From contig MEDY01000302.1 of NCBI GenBank assembly GCA_001724265.1, positions 1 through 37,837 on the forward strand: a DNA stretch of 37,837 nucleotides. Direction: 5' to 3'. The position numbers and the translations under genes are program-made. A model generated the notes under the pieces. The model had not been told where the DNA came from. It was given only the letters and a program-made list of their open reading frames with translations, and did no database searches. This DNA is from Rhizaria sp. SCN 62-66. Lineage: Eukaryota. Of this stretch, positions 33,576-37,837 are shown in pieces. Position 1 is the first letter of the stretch; every line of letters starts with the position of its first letter.

Positions 33576-36500
33576 ATGTCCTTTCGCTCCCTCAGCCGCG
33601 TGGTGAACGCGCACAAGTTGCACCAACGTTGTTCCGCCGCCCTTACCGCAGCGACCGCCCAGACCTCGGTCATGGCCCGCTTCTCCTCTTCCGTGAACAA
33701 CCCCGCCGACGCCGTGCTCTCGGGCGCCAACGCGGCCTTCGTCGAGCAGACGTTCCGCAACTGGTCTGCGGACCCGGCCTCCGTGCACTCGTCCTGGGCG
33801 ACCTACTTCGCCACGGGTGCCTACACCGCGCCCCCCAGCCTCATCGCTGGCGCCAAGTCCCCCGTTGCGGGCTCCGTCGTCGGCGCCTCTGCCCCCGCCG
33901 CGGCCGGCGCTGCAGGCGGTGTCGACGTCAAGCTGATCAAGGTGCTGGAGCTGATCCGCGCGTACCAGGCTCACGGCCACGCCATCGCCAAGATCGACCC
34001 CCTGGACCGCCTGCCCCAGCGCGGCAACTACCCCTCGCTCTCGCTCGCCTACCACGGGCTCTCCGACGCCGACCTCGACGCCGTGTTCAACCTCGCGCTC
34101 TACCCCGACGCCACGGGCTTCCTCGCGCCCTCCGCCGGCCCCCAGACTCTGCGCCAGATCATCACCCGCCTCCAGGTACGTCTTTGTTGCTAGCTTAGCT
34201 CGCTTAGGACTTTTGCCACCGCACTTCCTCTTGGCCGAGTACTAGCGATGAACATGCGCTTGAAACGAGTTGAACTGTTTATATCGCTACGACGGAGGAT
34301 TATTTCTACTAAGTGGCTTTGTTTTTATTATACTCTGCATTGATTTCACGCCGCAATATTCTTATTTACCTCACCCCTTCTTTCCTTCACTCTTCGCCCG
34401 CTCTTCCCCACTTTGCCCATTCTCTTCTTTGCTTCGCCCCGCCTTACTGTGCCGATACCAGGAGGTGTACACCACCACCGTGGGCTACGAGCTCCAGCAC
34501 GTGACTTCCCCTGAGGAGCTCGCGTGGCTGCGCTCCAAGGTCGAGACCGCGGCCCCCTCGGCCTTCGACAAGGACGAGAAGGCCCGTGTCCTCAACCGCC
34601 TCGCCTGGGCCTCCCAGTTCGAGTACGTTCTGCTCCCTATACCACAGTGATATATCGAGTTCATAGTGCGATTTTGCTATATCTATGTTGTTCAAGCGTT
34701 TGTCGATGCAAACGTTAAAACTATTTTTGCTGACACGATCGATATTTGTGTTCTATTACCTCGTTTTCTTTAGGTCTTTCCTGCGCACCAAGTACAACGT
34801 CAAGCGTTTCGGTCTCGAGGGTGGTGAGGCCGCCATCGTCGGTCTCCGCGAACTCGTCAAGGTCTCTGCCGAGTCCGGCGTCAACACCATCGTGATGGGC
34901 ATGCCCCACCGTGGCCGTCTCAACGTCCTCGCTAACGTCGTCAAGAAGCCCCTCGAGTACGTCCATCACTCTGTTCTTTGTTATATCGCATTTAATACCA
35001 CAGTATAACATTACTGTCAGCTGAGACTTATACCAATAACAAATAACTACGTGCTATACCATAATTTACGAAATTAACTCACAACTCTTCCATCTTATGC
35101 TTACATCACTCCATTTCATATCCAGGGTCATCTTCTCCGAGTTCGCTGGCGCCACCGACGCTGAGCCCGCGCAGTCGCGCGTCGGCGGCGTCTTCGTCCC
35201 GCTGCCCGAGGAAGTCCCCGTCGCCGGCGACGTCAAGTACCACAACGGCTGGTCCTCCAACGTCACTCTCGACAACGGCAAGTCGGTTACCCTCACCATG
35301 ATGGCCAACCCCTCCCACCTCGAGGCCGTCAACCCCCTCGTCCAGGTACGGACGTAATCAACAACAAAGCTCTAAATGGAGGCATATCTAACGCTGTCAT
35401 ATGATATTACTATTATCTCCATGCACATTGACCTGATATCAATCTACATTTTACTTACATTTTACTTTTTTACATTCGCACGATATTATCCCACCATTAA
35501 CATTTTCATTTCCTCGCAAACCAACCCTTAGGGCAAGACCCGCTCCAAGCAGGCGGCCAAGGCCGACGACGGCAAGCAGGTCATGTCCGTGCTGCTCCAC
35601 GGCGACGCCTCCTTCTCGGGCCAGGGCGTCGTGTTCGAGTCGATGGCGATGTGCAACCTGCCCGGCTACACTGTCGGCGGCACCGTCCACGTCGTCATCA
35701 ACAACCAGATCGGCTTCACGACGGACCCCTACTGCTCGCGCTCGGGCCCCTACTGCACGGACCTGGCCAAGGCGTTCGGCGCGCCCGTGTTCCACGTCAA
35801 CGGCGACGATCCGGAGGCCGTGGCGCGCGTGTCGGCGCTGGCGGCCGAGTACCGTGCCACGTTCAAGAAGGACGTCGTGCTCGACATCGTGTGCTACCGC
35901 CTTAACGGCCACAACGAGCTCGACCAGCCTTCGTTCACGCAGCCCATCATGTACCAAAGCATCACGGCGCACCCGCCCGTGTTTAAGTCGTACGCCGCCA
36001 AGCTCGTCGCCGAGGGCTCCATGACCGATGCTGAGGTCAAGGCCCTCACTGACAAGGTCGAGACGGCCCTCAAGGAGAAGTTTGAGGCCTCGCGTGGTCT
36101 TGCGGCCGCCAAGCCTAACGCCGGCCAGTTCCTCACTGGTGTGTGGTCCGAGATCGGCTCGCTCGCTGGCGCCCCCGTCCCTCTCGTACGTTCATTTCAT
36201 AGCTTTATTCCACTGTCAACATTTGTTTATAATGTTTATTTATTGATCGAATGTATTAGTTTTATTTTGAGAACGCGATACCGAACGCTTCAACAATGCT
36301 CACATGTAAAAACACTGTCGTTCTTTGTTTGATTTGTTCTCTTTGTTTCTAGGCCGAGACCGGTGTTCCGATCGAGAACCTCAAGAAGCTGGGCCACGAG
36401 ATCGCCGCCATCCCGGCCGGCTTCGAGCTCCACCGCGGCATCAAGAACGCCTACGTCGACAAGGCCAAGACGATCGAGACCGGCGCCGGGCTTGACTGGG

Positions 36501-37642
36501 CCACGGCTGAGGCGCTTGCTTTCGCCACCCTGCTCGACGAGGGCGTCCCCGTCCGCATCGCCGGCCAGGTACGCCTACATCTCAACACATATAGCTCGAC
36601 TATATAGCATTTTATTAACACGAGTTTCAGTTATTCAGATGTCTTTAGTCATTATCTATGTGTATCTTTCTTCTTAGCGCATCACTCACGTACATATCTC
36701 GTCATTTCACGGTATTAATGAACGCCCTCACTTAGGATGCTGAGCGCGGCACCTTCTCGCACCGCCACTCCGTGGTGCACGACCAGAAGACCGGCGCCAA
36801 GCACACGCCGCTGCAGTCGATTACGGCCACAGGCACTGGCGCGGCCAAGCCCGCCCAGTTCACCGTCGTCAACTCACTCCTCTCCGAGTTCGCCGCCCTC
36901 GGCTACGAGGTACGTTATCTTAACAATCTGATGACACTTTCACGCAAAATTGTCAGATATCTCGCGTCGTTGTTTACGACGCGTCTCGGTACTTTATGTG
37001 TTTATCTATGTTTTTGTCGAGATTTATTACTCACCGATGTTACTTTGCGCTTCAAATTGTTATTTATTTCACTGCGACAATGACAGTACGGCTACTCGCT
37101 CGACAACCCGAACCAGCTTACGCTGTGGGAGGCCCAGTTCGGCGACTTCGTCAACGGCGCTCAGATCATCATCGACAACTTCCTCACTGCGGCCGAGGTC
37201 AAGTGGAACCGTCAGTCTGGTCTCGTGATGCTCCTGCCCCACGGCTATGAGGGCCAGGTACGTACATGATATCATTACACCTTCGCAATGAACTCACTCA
37301 CATGGTCTCAATGTGTTAGTTGGAGATATTAGAGTTTGTGATCGTAGTGTTATTGTAGTAACACAAGACTAATTTGATTACAGTAACATAGCGTGCATTG
37401 CCGGTTTTGCTACACTATTACTCACGATGCATATACGTATTTAATTCTCGATTGCTTTTTATTTTCCTTAGGGTGCTGAGCACTCTAGCGCGCGCATGGA
37501 GCGTTTCCTCCAGGCCGTCAACGACGACCCTAACTACTTCCCGGCCACTGCCGAGGCTGAGGCTCTGGCCCACCACCGCACCAACATCCAGGTCGTCAAC
37601 ATGACCAGCGCCGCTAACTACTACCACGCGCTCCGCAACCAG
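33576..37642 (+). CDS. OGDH: Mitochondrial 2-oxoglutarate dehydrogenase E1 component, 3'-partial (continues beyond the window)
   Basis: Exons 33576-34175, 34462-34622, 34774-34956, 35126-35345, 35532-36185, 36353-36568, 36736-36909, 37087-37257 and 37472-37642, then an intron running to the window end. It has an Arg/Ser-rich presequence and the motifs [60 protein letters not shown] and [16 protein letters not shown]. Confidence 0.96.
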
Positions 37643-37837
37643 GTACGCCATATGTTCTCTAAATAACAACGAGATCTTTTGCGAATTACACCAATTCAAG
37701 ATGAATGGGTAATTTCTATTTACATTTTGGCTTTTTGTCGCTATGTCATCCGTTTCAACTTGAGTCATGTCTATCTTGTGCTATTTATGTCAATTATCTA
37801 ATAATTTTTTATTCTTTCAATCTCTTTATTCCCCCCC

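Noticed and set aside
1-37837. Prokaryotic features (operons, CRISPR arrays, IS elements), tRNA and rRNA genes
   Set aside because: The sequence is intron-containing eukaryotic DNA, and I recognised none of these by eye. No covariance search was possible.

Overview
Gene-dense eukaryotic nuclear DNA, probably from a flagellated, aerobic protist (inferred from axonemal dynein light chain 4, mitochondrial 2-oxoglutarate dehydrogenase and a three-CNB N-acylated kinase). Exons are GC-rich and the spliceosomal introns (about 110-350 nt) are mostly AT-rich with a dominant GTACG donor. I rebuilt 11 genes by hand, checking splice phases: an HhH-motif uncharacterised protein, a ~2840-aa low-complexity protein, a secreted split-saposin protein, LSM12, a PKG-architecture kinase, a POT/PTR peptide transporter, DNAL4, RPL37, a membrane-anchored Kazal protein, RNA Pol III subunit RPC6/C34 and OGDH E1 (runs off the window). 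The strongest anomaly is in the Kazal gene. Its second exon stays open for 176 codons except for three in-frame TAG codons. Two of them sit inside a poly-Gln run and one lies before the residues that complete the Kazal domain. None of the other nine complete genes ends in TAG. This suggests UAG is read as Gln (code reassignment, readthrough or editing), although a recently truncated gene cannot be excluded.
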